Shown one piece after another: positions 48,412 to 56,469 of a stretch of 64,000 bases of DNA (the stretch's first letter is position 1; the number at the start of each line of letters is the position of its first letter). The position numbers and the translations under genes were made by a program. The notes beneath the pieces are model-generated. The model saw only the letters and a list, made by a program, of their open reading frames with translations. It was not told where the DNA came from and made no database searches. Source of the stretch: a virus; IMG/VR virus record IMGVR_UViG_3300047560_000195, positions 2,623 through 66,622 of that record; one strand, given 5' to 3'.

Positions 48412-48519
48412 GACAAAAAATGATACCAGTGACTTGTAGAAGCGGGTCGCTGAGGGTCAAAAGTTCTGCGTAGTTGGTGGGACTTCCCCTAACTACATTA
48501 TTATTTACTAATGTAGTTT

Positions 48520-48539
48520 TGTTAGACGATCGTATAACA
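48520..48539. promoter_or_regulatory. Operator copy 3
   Basis: TGTTAGACGATCGTATAACA. Confidence 0.75.
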
Positions 48540-48617
48540 ATATGAACTTTATATTGTTCGGATCGTTCTGGTGTGTGTGTTGTAAACTACAACCTATTTT
48601 AGGGGTATAGTGTTCTT

Positions 48618-48948
48618 GGTAACAATGTAGGCGTGGCGCGTAGTGTACGGAATTGGGGTCAAACGTTCGTTTGGTATACATTACCTAAGTCATTGATTTA
48701 TAAGTAGTGTTCGTATTGTTCGTATTGTTCGGCCTAAAAACATGTCATTCCCGTAAAAGGCACTTCTTTTTTCCTCTTCGGCACATGTAAAACATTAAAA
48801 ATAACCCCTCTCAGGGAAAAGTGACTATTTTAAGGCGAACATTACGAACTTTTGTACACTACCTACCATATAAGGTTTATTCCTTTATATACCAAACGAA
48901 CACTAGCCCCAAAATCCGTACACTACGCATGGCTACTGCATTGTTACC
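48618..48948. repeat. Long imperfect inverted repeat (~140-bp arms)
   Basis: GGTAACAATG/CATTGTTACC, GCGTAGTGTACGGA/TCCGTACACTACGC, GTTCGTTTGGTATA/TATACCAAACGAAC and further nested blocks. Confidence 0.85.
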
Positions 48949-48983
48949 TTACTACAATATCAAATGCTAAATGTACTAATGTT

Positions 48984-49259
48984 TTATTCGGTAACATTCG
49001 GTACTTTGCTGATACGACCATCCTGCTTGTACATCACTCTTAGCCTACCCACCTTGTTCTCCTCCCCTCGATCCATCCGTGCATACTCGCTCTTCATCTT
49101 AGAAGCACCCACCAGCAGTGCAGCTCTCACCACCTTGTTAATCGTCACACGTTCCTTCAATGACACCATGCGTAGCTCGTCGTAAAAGCTCTCAGGGATA
49201 GTCACGTTCACCACTCTAGTCACATCCCCATTCTTAGCCGTTCTGCGTTGAAAGCTCAT
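48984..49259 (-). CDS. Ribbon-helix-helix (Arc/CopG-like) transcription regulator
   Basis: TRVVNVTIPESFYDELRMVSLKERVTINKVVRAALL strand-helix-helix pattern; GGAGGT RBS; own promoter. Confidence 0.7.
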   Translation of the reverse strand: MSFQRRTAKNGDVTRVVNVTIPESFYDELRMVSLKERVTINKVVRAALLVGASKMKSEYARMDRGEENKVGRLRVMYKQDGRISKVPNVTE

Positions 49260-49285
49260 AAACACCTCCAGTTGAAAGAACCGCC

Positions 49286-49314
49286 ATAGTAAACCTAAAT
49301 AAGATACATTGCAA
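49286..49314 (-). promoter_or_regulatory. Sigma70 promoter of RHH gene
   Basis: TTGCAA-17 nt-TACTAT on - strand. Confidence 0.65.
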
Positions 49315-49373
49315 CATTACAATCATCATCTACCACCATACACCATTTAAGCTAACTATTTACTCTTGTTTGA

Positions 49374-49403
49374 TGGACTAAGCACCCCGTTTCGTGCTAT
49401 ACT
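49374..49403 (+). promoter_or_regulatory. Early promoter (extended -10)
   Basis: TGGACT-18 nt-TATACT with TG extension. Confidence 0.6.
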
Positions 49404-49445
49404 ATGTACTGGGTCGGAGCTCCGTCCCACGGCCAGATAACATTT

Positions 49446-49465
49446 TGTTATACGGTCGTATAACA
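49446..49465. promoter_or_regulatory. Operator copy 4
   Basis: TGTTATACGGTCGTATAACA. Confidence 0.75.
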
Positions 49466-49501
49466 CTTAGACACGGTGCCTGTGGCACCTAGGAGAACAT
49501 C

Positions 49502-49729
49502 ATGAACGCAAAACACACCACTGCCTCTACACCCTTCTTCACCAAACCATATTTCATCTCGTGCCTCGTGCTGGCTACGCTCGGCCTCATGCTCCTTGTT
49601 AAGTTCTCACCTGCCAAAGCCAAACCCGAAGAACTCACGATCACTTCTGACAAATGGATCTGCATAGACACACGCCCAGCCGGTCTCCACGCTGAATGTA
49701 CTAACCTAGTACTGAGGGTAGGCAAATGA
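49502..49729 (+). CDS. Small secreted/membrane-anchored protein
   Basis: Hydrophobic segment and AKA signal-like site; two further Cys; AGGAGAACA RBS. Confidence 0.6.
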   Translation: MNAKHTTASTPFFTKPYFISCLVLATLGLMLLVKFSPAKAKPEELTITSDKWICIDTRPAGLHAECTNLVLRVGK

Positions 49730-49926
49730 GCAGGGTATGCCTCAAATGCGGTGAGTCAGTAAGCGACCTGAGAGCCTCGCTAGGCTACGATACGTGCCTA
49801 CCCTGTGGAGAGATATACGCACGCAAGAGAAAGCACTGTATCGTGCCTCTCAATAAGTCCAACTACATCGTAGTGACTGACCCATCGTTGCTCAAGCAAC
49901 TTAATCCCAAGGGAGCAAGGACATGA
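49726..49926 (+). CDS. Small zinc-finger protein (DksA/TraR-like finger)
   Basis: CLKCGE..R..LGY.TCLPCG..PLNKSNY. Confidence 0.6.
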   Translation: MSRVCLKCGESVSDLRASLGYDTCLPCGEIYARKRKHCIVPLNKSNYIVVTDPSLLKQLNPKGART

Positions 49927-50039
49927 GCGAGCAGGTACAGGATATGTGGGATTGGTGCGACACCATGAGTATGAAGTACCCATGGCTCAAGACCTACCTA
50001 GTTAGGTACACCAAGGACAAGATCGCAGAACTTAGTTAG
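49923..50039 (+). CDS. Hypothetical 38-aa protein (not in ORF track)
   Basis: ATGA overlap with the previous gene; AAGGA RBS. Confidence 0.4.
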   Translation: MSEQVQDMWDWCDTMSMKYPWLKTYLVRYTKDKIAELS

Positions 50040-50101
50040 TCCACAGACTAACGACGAAACCACCTACAGTTTTCTAACAGTGTTAGATAAAGGAGATAGC
50101 C

Positions 50102-50314
50102 ATGAGAATCGAACCAAACCAACCACGCCGTGGAAACATGATGTCCCATACCGAGTTCAAGAGACAGATTAGTAAACGCACCGACAGGTGGGTGAACACA
50201 AAAGGTAAGCCCGTGAGACTGCGTGAGCGCGTGCAAGTCCACAGAGATACGTGGGCACGCCAATGGTATCAACTTGAACTGTTTGGTAAGAACAGAGGAG
50301 CGAGGTTCGCATGA
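50102..50314 (+). CDS. Hypothetical basic protein
   Basis: AAGGAG RBS; ATGA coupling to the next gene. Confidence 0.55.
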   Translation: MRIEPNQPRRGNMMSHTEFKRQISKRTDRWVNTKGKPVRLRERVQVHRDTWARQWYQLELFGKNRGARFA

Positions 50315-50523
50315 AAACCGAAAACAACCGCACGGTACGTGATGACAACGTGTGTCTATCACAAGCCACTCTGGTGGCTATACACGGACTGGATGAGATG
50401 TACTGCTACATCCTGCTTAATCACGACAAGCTGAGCGCCACGGAACTCCTACGGCGCATAAACACCATCAAGGCGGGGATGCTGAAGTCAGTAGAACAGA
50501 TCGCTAGAGATAACGGGGTGTGA
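50311..50523 (+). CDS. Hypothetical protein
   Basis: GAGG RBS; operon context. Confidence 0.55.
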   Translation: MKTENNRTVRDDNVCLSQATLVAIHGLDEMYCYILLNHDKLSATELLRRINTIKAGMLKSVEQIARDNGV

Positions 50524-50524
50524 G

Positions 50525-50674
50525 ATGAACTTGACTCAAGCAGAGATTGAACTGGCGCTGACAGCCCTGCGATACACCGCAGAATATGGGTACACCTATG
50601 AGATGCAGACAGGAGAAAGCCTTGAGGAGTACCACGCCATGCAAGCGTTGATTAAAAAACTAGAGGAGGTGTGA
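50525..50674 (+). CDS. Hypothetical 49-aa protein (not in ORF track)
   Basis: MNLTQAEIELALTALRY..; fills the gap exactly; GGGGTG RBS. Confidence 0.5.
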   Translation: MNLTQAEIELALTALRYTAEYGYTYEMQTGESLEEYHAMQALIKKLEEV

Positions 50675-50675
50675 G

Positions 50676-50873
50676 ATGAATGAGTTATTAGAAGAAGGTG
50701 GTGACTTCACCATAGCGGGTAGCGCATGGCTTGGCATCAGAGGGTTCAGTATCAAGATCCAAGAGGCTGAGGACAGCATCCTGATTGACGTATACAAGCT
50801 AGGGGCAGAGGACCAGATGCCCGTGCGTGCGTACCAAGTATTTGACTCGGAGACACAAGATGAAAACTTATGA
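50676..50873 (+). CDS. Hypothetical protein
   Basis: GGAGGT RBS. Confidence 0.55.
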   Translation: MNELLEEGGDFTIAGSAWLGIRGFSIKIQEAEDSILIDVYKLGAEDQMPVRAYQVFDSETQDENL

Positions 50874-51252
50874 GTGCAACGGATGGTTCAAATTCGCAGA
50901 GCAGGACAGCTACGAGCATGGGTGCGACCCAGATACAGCGTTCTCATTCGCAAACGATGACGTTTTCAAAGGGCAGACTATTGAGGAGGTACTGAAGCAG
51001 ATCAAGAACTTCTTAGGCGTGGATGACAACTACGAGGTGGACTTGGACGCCTGTGGCGAAGAGGGACGGGTAGACATATCGGTTATGGAGAGTGAGCAGG
51101 GATACCCTGCTACCGAGCAGGATATAGAGAAGTGGAAGCGTGGCGAGCTGGCCTTGTGGTCCAGTACCTATTCATTCGAGATCCAAGAAGTGGAGCGTAC
51201 GCCGGTGAACCTGCGTGAACACGTAGGTCTGGAGGAGAGAAATGATAATTAA
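50860..51252 (+). CDS. Hypothetical acidic protein
   Basis: GGAG RBS before ATG 50860. Confidence 0.6.
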   Translation: MKTYECNGWFKFAEQDSYEHGCDPDTAFSFANDDVFKGQTIEEVLKQIKNFLGVDDNYEVDLDACGEEGRVDISVMESEQGYPATEQDIEKWKRGELALWSSTYSFEIQEVERTPVNLREHVGLEERNDN

Positions 51253-51439
51253 CGACTGGTCAGCCACTCCAACCGGAGTGGGTGTGTCCCTGATGTCCAA
51301 GACGAGGGATATAGAAGTGTGCGTAGCGTACGTGTCAGGTCATTACGTAATTAACGTATTCAAACCCGGTACGGACAAGGCCATAAAGACCATAACGATT
51401 ATGGAAAGTGAGGTGGAGTACCAACTGGAACAAGCGTAA
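51242..51439 (+). CDS. Hypothetical protein
   Basis: GGAGGAG RBS. Confidence 0.55.
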   Translation: MIINDWSATPTGVGVSLMSKTRDIEVCVAYVSGHYVINVFKPGTDKAIKTITIMESEVEYQLEQA

Positions 51440-51446
51440 ATACTTT

Positions 51447-51485
51447 TGTTATATCGTTGTATAACGTATCATATTGTGTTATAAT
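51447..51485 (+). promoter_or_regulatory. Promoter overlapped by operator copy 5
   Basis: Operator TGTTATATCGTTGTATAACG (51447-51466) contains -35 TTGTAT; 17 nt to TATAAT with TG extension. Confidence 0.75.
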
Positions 51486-51533
51486 ATATACTGAAGTGGG
51501 AGATCCCCTCCCACTACTTAACTGGAGACTGAC

Positions 51534-52433
51534 ATGAACGCAACCGAAAACAATCTTGTTATACCGTCGTATAACGCACCTTCAATATCCTCCTCTGCCA
51601 TGCTGGTAGAGATCAACCGCCGTAGATGGAACGGCTACGCACGTAACAAAGATGCCACCGAGAAGGTCCGGCAGGACTACAACGCTGGGCGTAAGTCTGC
51701 ACGGGTTAACCAAACCCTGCTCATCAACGAGCCGGTATTCGACCGAGTTAACACTCTGTACGGTGCGTTAGGTACGACCCTTTACCACTACACCATGCCG
51801 TGGCTGGACCGAGGTCCACGCCTCCTGACTACACCTATGTTCATGGCGTTTAACAAGGCGGTTACCGAGATCATCAACGAGATCGAGAACGATGCACTAC
51901 CTGCGTTCTTCGCTGAGTATCCGAACATGATCGCTAGAGCGGGTGACCCTGACAGGCTGGGTGCACTGTTCAACTTCGACCACTACCCGGATGTGGACAC
52001 ACTGCGTGACCACTACTCCATTAATCTTAAGTACGCACCTGTACCTGAGGTTGGTGACTTCCGCGTAGACATCGGAGCCGAGGCGCTGGCACAAGTACGT
52101 GAGAGCTACGAGAGTTCATACAAAGAACAGCTTGAGTCTGCATACAAGGATGTATGGGAGCGTACACACGAGGCTCTTACTAATATGTCCAATCGACTCG
52201 AAGGTGAGAAGAAGCAGGGTAAGTTCCACGAGTCACTCGTGACCAACATCACAGACATGGTAGACCTGCTAGACAAGTTCAACATCACGAACGACCCGAA
52301 CATGGCACGTGCCAAGGTGCAGATTGCACAGGCTATGCGTGGTGTAACGATTGACGGCCTCAAGGAAGATGATTACTTCAGACTGGAGACCAAGGCCAAG
52401 GTCGACAACTTGCTGAAGTCATTTGAATGGTAA
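51534..52433 (+). CDS. Conserved helical phage protein (DUF3150-like) associated with MoxR/VWA pair
   Basis: SSSAMLV..W..TMPW.D.G.RLL..YP..GDFRVDI..NITNDP pattern; operon context. Confidence 0.6.
   Translation: MNATENNLVIPSYNAPSISSSAMLVEINRRRWNGYARNKDATEKVRQDYNAGRKSARVNQTLLINEPVFDRVNTLYGALGTTLYHYTMPWLDRGPRLLTTPMFMAFNKAVTEIINEIENDALPAFFAEYPNMIARAGDPDRLGALFNFDHYPDVDTLRDHYSINLKYAPVPEVGDFRVDIGAEALAQVRESYESSYKEQLESAYKDVWERTHEALTNMSNRLEGEKKQGKFHESLVTNITDMVDLLDKFNITNDPNMARAKVQIAQAMRGVTIDGLKEDDYFRLETKAKVDNLLKSFEW
51557..51576. promoter_or_regulatory. Operator copy 6 (inside coding sequence)
   Basis: TGTTATACCGTCGTATAACG. Confidence 0.7.
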
Positions 52434-52451
52434 GTGGTACGTACGTACCAC
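52434..52451. repeat. Perfect 18-bp palindrome
   Basis: GTGGTACGTACGTACCAC directly after the stop codon. Confidence 0.7.
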
Positions 52452-52528
52452 AAGTACAGCTACATAAGTATAACTAAACCTATTAACTATTATTCCTATT
52501 AATTACGTAACACAACTGGAGACAAACA

Positions 52529-53629
52529 ATGTCCATGCAATCAACTGAAACTCTGTTCGCTCTCACACTCAACGAATGTGTCGATGCTATCCAAGCAACG
52601 GGTAGCCGAGTAACTACCTTGATCCAAGGTCACATGGGCTGTGGCAAGTCATCCATCCTCAAGATGCTGGCTAAGGCGAATCCGGGTCACATACCCTGCT
52701 ACTTTGACTGCACGACTAAGGACTTGGGTGACCTCATGCTCCCTAAGATCCTGACTGATGACGATGCGGAATTCGTTAGGTTCGCACCTAACGAAGAGAT
52801 GGGTATGCACCACGGCAAGCCTGTGATCCTGATGATTGACGAGTTCGGTAAGGCTAACCCTAGTGTGAAGAACGGCATGATGCGGGTCATGCTCGAGCGT
52901 AAGCTGGGCAATCTGTCACTGCATCCTGACTCGATGGTGTTTGCTACTACGAACTTAGGCACAGAGGGCGTGGGTGATCTGCTTCAGCCTCATCACCGCA
53001 ACCGCATCACAACGATACGTATCAAGAAGCCAACTGCTACCGAGTGGATCGAGAACTTTGCATACAACGCAGGGATTCATTCATCCATCATTCGCTGGGT
53101 GCACGAGTTCGGAGATACGTTGTTCCAGACGTTCGAAGAGGTGAGCGACCCCGAATCTAACCCGTACATATACCACCCGAAGTCTGTTCGTGCTTCGTTC
53201 GTAACACCACGTTCTCTCGAACTGGCTAGCCATTGGCTACATGCCAAGGACAAGCTGACTCCGACTACGATCAAGCAGGCTCTGATGGGTACGATCGGCG
53301 CACGAGGTGGTGCTGACCTCGAAGCATACGTGACTATCTACGACCAGCTACCGAAGAAGGCTGAGATCATGGCCGACCCTGCTAACTCCATCGTACCCAA
53401 AAGTGCTAGCGCCACAATGATGCTGGTATCTAACGCACTGACCGGTATGGACAGAGAGTTCGTCACGCCTTGGATTAAGTACATGTCACGACTGGACAAG
53501 GAGGCACAAGGTTACTTCGCCTTGCAGGTAGCCAACCCCGTGTATACCAAGAAAGCTATGGTCATGACTAACGCTGACTACACCCGCTGGTGCATGGACA
53601 ACAACTACCTGTTCACAGCTGACGTGTGA
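52529..53629 (+). CDS. MoxR-like AAA+ ATPase
   Basis: GHMGCGKS Walker A, LMIDE Walker B, ATTN, NR, TPRS. Confidence 0.85.
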   Translation: MSMQSTETLFALTLNECVDAIQATGSRVTTLIQGHMGCGKSSILKMLAKANPGHIPCYFDCTTKDLGDLMLPKILTDDDAEFVRFAPNEEMGMHHGKPVILMIDEFGKANPSVKNGMMRVMLERKLGNLSLHPDSMVFATTNLGTEGVGDLLQPHHRNRITTIRIKKPTATEWIENFAYNAGIHSSIIRWVHEFGDTLFQTFEEVSDPESNPYIYHPKSVRASFVTPRSLELASHWLHAKDKLTPTTIKQALMGTIGARGGADLEAYVTIYDQLPKKAEIMADPANSIVPKSASATMMLVSNALTGMDREFVTPWIKYMSRLDKEAQGYFALQVANPVYTKKAMVMTNADYTRWCMDNNYLFTADV

Positions 53630-53638
53630 GGAGGGGGT

Positions 53639-53767
53639 ATGAACACTGTGATTATGTTCTTAGGGTTCCTGATTATCGACATCAATGCGTGGGGTGTACC
53701 CACGCACGAGTACCTACTTATTCAGGTAGGTGCATTGATTCTGTACGTGGCTGGCTTACTTAGATAG
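53639..53767 (+). CDS. 42-aa two-helix membrane peptide (not in ORF track)
   Basis: MNTVIMFLGFLIIDINAWGVPTHEYLLIQVGALILYVAGLLR; GGAGG RBS. Confidence 0.5.
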   Translation: MNTVIMFLGFLIIDINAWGVPTHEYLLIQVGALILYVAGLLR

Positions 53768-53777
53768 GAGAACAACA

Positions 53778-54002
53778 ATGACTGAGCGTAAACAAATCAG
53801 AGCAAATGAAATCCTTGAGTTCATGGCAACCGAGGACAAAGAGATGAGCGTAGCCGAGGCTATGGCCTCGCTGAGTATGGCGTTATGCCAGCTAGCCGTA
53901 ACCCAGAGGATGCCAAAGGAAAACATCATGCTGGGTATGTCCATGTCGTACGACAAGTATGTGGAGATGATATCCATACCGGAGGGAACACAATGTCATT
54001 AG
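53778..54002 (+). CDS. Hypothetical protein
   Basis: AGGAGAACA RBS. Confidence 0.55.
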   Translation: MTERKQIRANEILEFMATEDKEMSVAEAMASLSMALCQLAVTQRMPKENIMLGMSMSYDKYVEMISIPEGTQCH

Positions 54003-55177
54003 CAATAAACAAGAAGCTGACCGCAGATCAGCGGTTACAGAAAGCTGTCATTGACATCATGGGTCATGCTGAGTTCATAGCCCTATCGGGTGTGATGATG
54101 ATCGGCAAACGCGCTGTAGTTGACGGTATACCCACGGCATGTACTAACGGACGCGATGAGCTGTATGGACGTGAGTTCGTAGATGGACTGACCGATGCGG
54201 AGTTGAGGTTCGTAGTCCTGCACGAATGTGGACACAAGATGTACAAGCACCTGAGCACGTGGCGTATGTTGTACACACGTAATCAACAGAAAGCTAACAA
54301 GGCTTGTGACTATGTACTCAATATCAAGCTGGTAGATACCGATGCGTATAAGAACAAATGGATATCGATGCCCGAAGGTGGTCTGGTAGACGAGAAGTAC
54401 CGTGGCCTCAATACCAAGCAGGTATGGGATCTGTTACCTGATGACGAGCAACAAGGTGGAGGCGGTAGTGGTTCGGGTGGTGGGTTCGACGAGCACGACT
54501 GGGATGGTGCACAAGCGATCAGCAAGGAAGAGCAGGAGGCGCTAGCCAAGGAGATCGACGAGGCCGTGCGTCAAGGTGCCGTGCTTGCAGGTAAGACAGG
54601 TACAGGTGGTGACCGTCTGCTTGAGGAGCTGCTTGAGACTAAGCAGGACTGGCGTGAGTTACTACGTGACTTCGTAGCTAATACCTGTGCAGGTAAGGAC
54701 TTCTCTACGTGGCGTAAACCCAACCGTAGGTACGTAGGTATGGACATGCTCATGCCGGGATCTATTAGCGAGACGGTGGGTGACATCGTGATTGCTGTCG
54801 ATACGTCTGGGTCCATCGGTGATGCCGAGCTCGCTCAGTTCATGGGCGAGGTCACTGGTATCTGTAATCAGGTCAAACCTTCTCGCGTCCACGTTTTGTA
54901 TTGGGACACTGAGGTGGCACGGCACGAGGTGTATTTGCAGGATGAGTTAGACGATCTAGTTAAGAGCACGAAGCCAGCGGGTGGTGGAGGCACGATGGTC
55001 GAGTGCGTCCCCGCATATATGCAGAAGCATGACATGAAGGTTGAGTGTGTGATCGTACTAACAGATGGCTTCCTAGGTGGTAGCTGGGGTACGTGGTCCG
55101 TCCCTGTGCTGTGGGCAATCAAGGGTAACAAGCACGCTGTACCGAGCGTGGGTAAAGCGATTCATATTGATGACTAA
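53993..55177 (+). CDS. DUF2201-like metallopeptidase plus VWA domain protein
   Basis: PTACTNG, FVVLHECGH, MIDAS DTSGS, GGGGT, LTDG. Confidence 0.85.
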   Translation: MSLAINKKLTADQRLQKAVIDIMGHAEFIALSGVMMIGKRAVVDGIPTACTNGRDELYGREFVDGLTDAELRFVVLHECGHKMYKHLSTWRMLYTRNQQKANKACDYVLNIKLVDTDAYKNKWISMPEGGLVDEKYRGLNTKQVWDLLPDDEQQGGGGSGSGGGFDEHDWDGAQAISKEEQEALAKEIDEAVRQGAVLAGKTGTGGDRLLEELLETKQDWRELLRDFVANTCAGKDFSTWRKPNRRYVGMDMLMPGSISETVGDIVIAVDTSGSIGDAELAQFMGEVTGICNQVKPSRVHVLYWDTEVARHEVYLQDELDDLVKSTKPAGGGGTMVECVPAYMQKHDMKVECVIVLTDGFLGGSWGTWSVPVLWAIKGNKHAVPSVGKAIHIDD

Positions 55178-55520
55178 GAAGCCACGGTATTCGAAACAAG
55201 TAGACGAACTATGGGAGTGGGCACGTGTTGTGTTCCCTATGTTCAAGAATAACTTACATACTGAATGGGCTAACCATGAGTGGGTATTTAAGGGTGAGCA
55301 ACTGAATAAGGTTGATAAGAAGAGGCTAATCAAGATGCTGAAAGATCCAGAAGATCCAGATCGATTGTACTTAGCCTTAGACGCTTACTTCTCTGATTTA
55401 GATACAAAGCGGCACGTGTGTCCGGATACAAAGTTCATGGCAACAAAAGTAAACATGCACGACTTTAAATCTTACTTGCATCAATTATTAGGCAACAAAT
55501 ACGACGGAGAGCAACAATGA
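55170..55520 (+). CDS. Hypothetical protein
   Basis: Operon context; YSKQVDELWEWARVVFPM resembles YNPKIKEMWQWAQAVMPV in the next gene. Confidence 0.55.
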   Translation: MTKKPRYSKQVDELWEWARVVFPMFKNNLHTEWANHEWVFKGEQLNKVDKKRLIKMLKDPEDPDRLYLALDAYFSDLDTKRHVCPDTKFMATKVNMHDFKSYLHQLLGNKYDGEQQ

Positions 55521-56458
55521 CACTTAACACATTTGACGAAGTAGTTAGCTGGTACGACAGAACACATCCTATCCGTGGTGCACGTAAGCCGTGGGATATC
55601 CGACCTATTGGTGATCGTTCGAGATGGTGGGAGCGTATCGTTAAGATCGACGACAACACGTATGCACTGCATGATGGGTGGGACTACAGCCGTACAAGGC
55701 AGATACCGACAGCGGATGGCATAGCTTTCATGCTTAAAGAAACCGTAGACGTAACGCCAATTCTCTGGATGCGTAGGAAAGATGGTGACTACGTACGTAT
55801 CAGGTCGTGTATTAACTACAACGGCGGAATGTCACGGTATAGGTTCCTCAACAACCATTTGCCTAAAGGACTATCGCATGAGTACAGGTCGGACGGTGTG
55901 CATTGGATACAAGTAAATGGGGCGAGAGATCTTCTGCCGTATATGCAACGTGACTGGAAGACGGGTGTAAACACCGATGACAAGTACCTCGAATACAAGC
56001 TGGTGGATGGGGTATTCGTACTGGTAAGCGAGAAGCATAAGAAGACTGTGCGAGTTGTGAACCGTGAGCTAACCAAGCAGTACAACCCCAAGATCAAGGA
56101 GATGTGGCAGTGGGCTCAGGCGGTCATGCCCGTGCTAGGTGACCAAGTGCGTGAAGTAATGCAAGAGCAGATGAAAACTCTGGGTATGCAGGCCCATAGA
56201 GGTATTGATGACTTCCCTCCTCCGTTCGTACGTAGGTGTCTGGAGAATGCTGAAGGCTACGAGAACATGCGCTATGCCCTTATGGTTACGGCATGTATCG
56301 AATCAAGCAACGTGAAGGAGAATTACGATTGGAACAGAAAGGGAGGTAGTTTCGCCTCTAGGTTCTTTGATGAAGGTAAAAAGTCCTACGACAGATTCCG
56401 CAAGGTGATGCACAAGCATGGCGGCATGCTGACGTTCAAAGAAGTTGATTTTGAATAA
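55517..56458 (+). CDS. Hypothetical protein
   Basis: 313-aa ORF; GGAG RBS. Confidence 0.7.
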   Translation: MTLNTFDEVVSWYDRTHPIRGARKPWDIRPIGDRSRWWERIVKIDDNTYALHDGWDYSRTRQIPTADGIAFMLKETVDVTPILWMRRKDGDYVRIRSCINYNGGMSRYRFLNNHLPKGLSHEYRSDGVHWIQVNGARDLLPYMQRDWKTGVNTDDKYLEYKLVDGVFVLVSEKHKKTVRVVNRELTKQYNPKIKEMWQWAQAVMPVLGDQVREVMQEQMKTLGMQAHRGIDDFPPPFVRRCLENAEGYENMRYALMVTACIESSNVKENYDWNRKGGSFASRFFDEGKKSYDRFRKVMHKHGGMLTFKEVDFE

Positions 56459-56469
56459 CGGAGAGCAAC

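Larger units (their letters stand above)
48291..48540. repeat. Tandem 129-bp-period duplication with identical 41-bp head
   Basis: ATGATACCAGTGACTTGTAGAAGCGGGTCGCTGAGGGTCAA at 48291-48331 and 48420-48460. Confidence 0.9.

Noticed and set aside
48291-48460. CRISPR mini-array or TIGR-like array
   Set aside because: Only two repeats, the 88-nt intervening parts are homologous to each other, and no cas or Nop-domain gene is recognisable; the Cas4-like nuclease at 1744 is a standard replication-module exonuclease
48852-49185. Two short + strand ORFs
   Set aside because: Overlap the inverted repeat and the RHH gene on the opposite strand; no RBS
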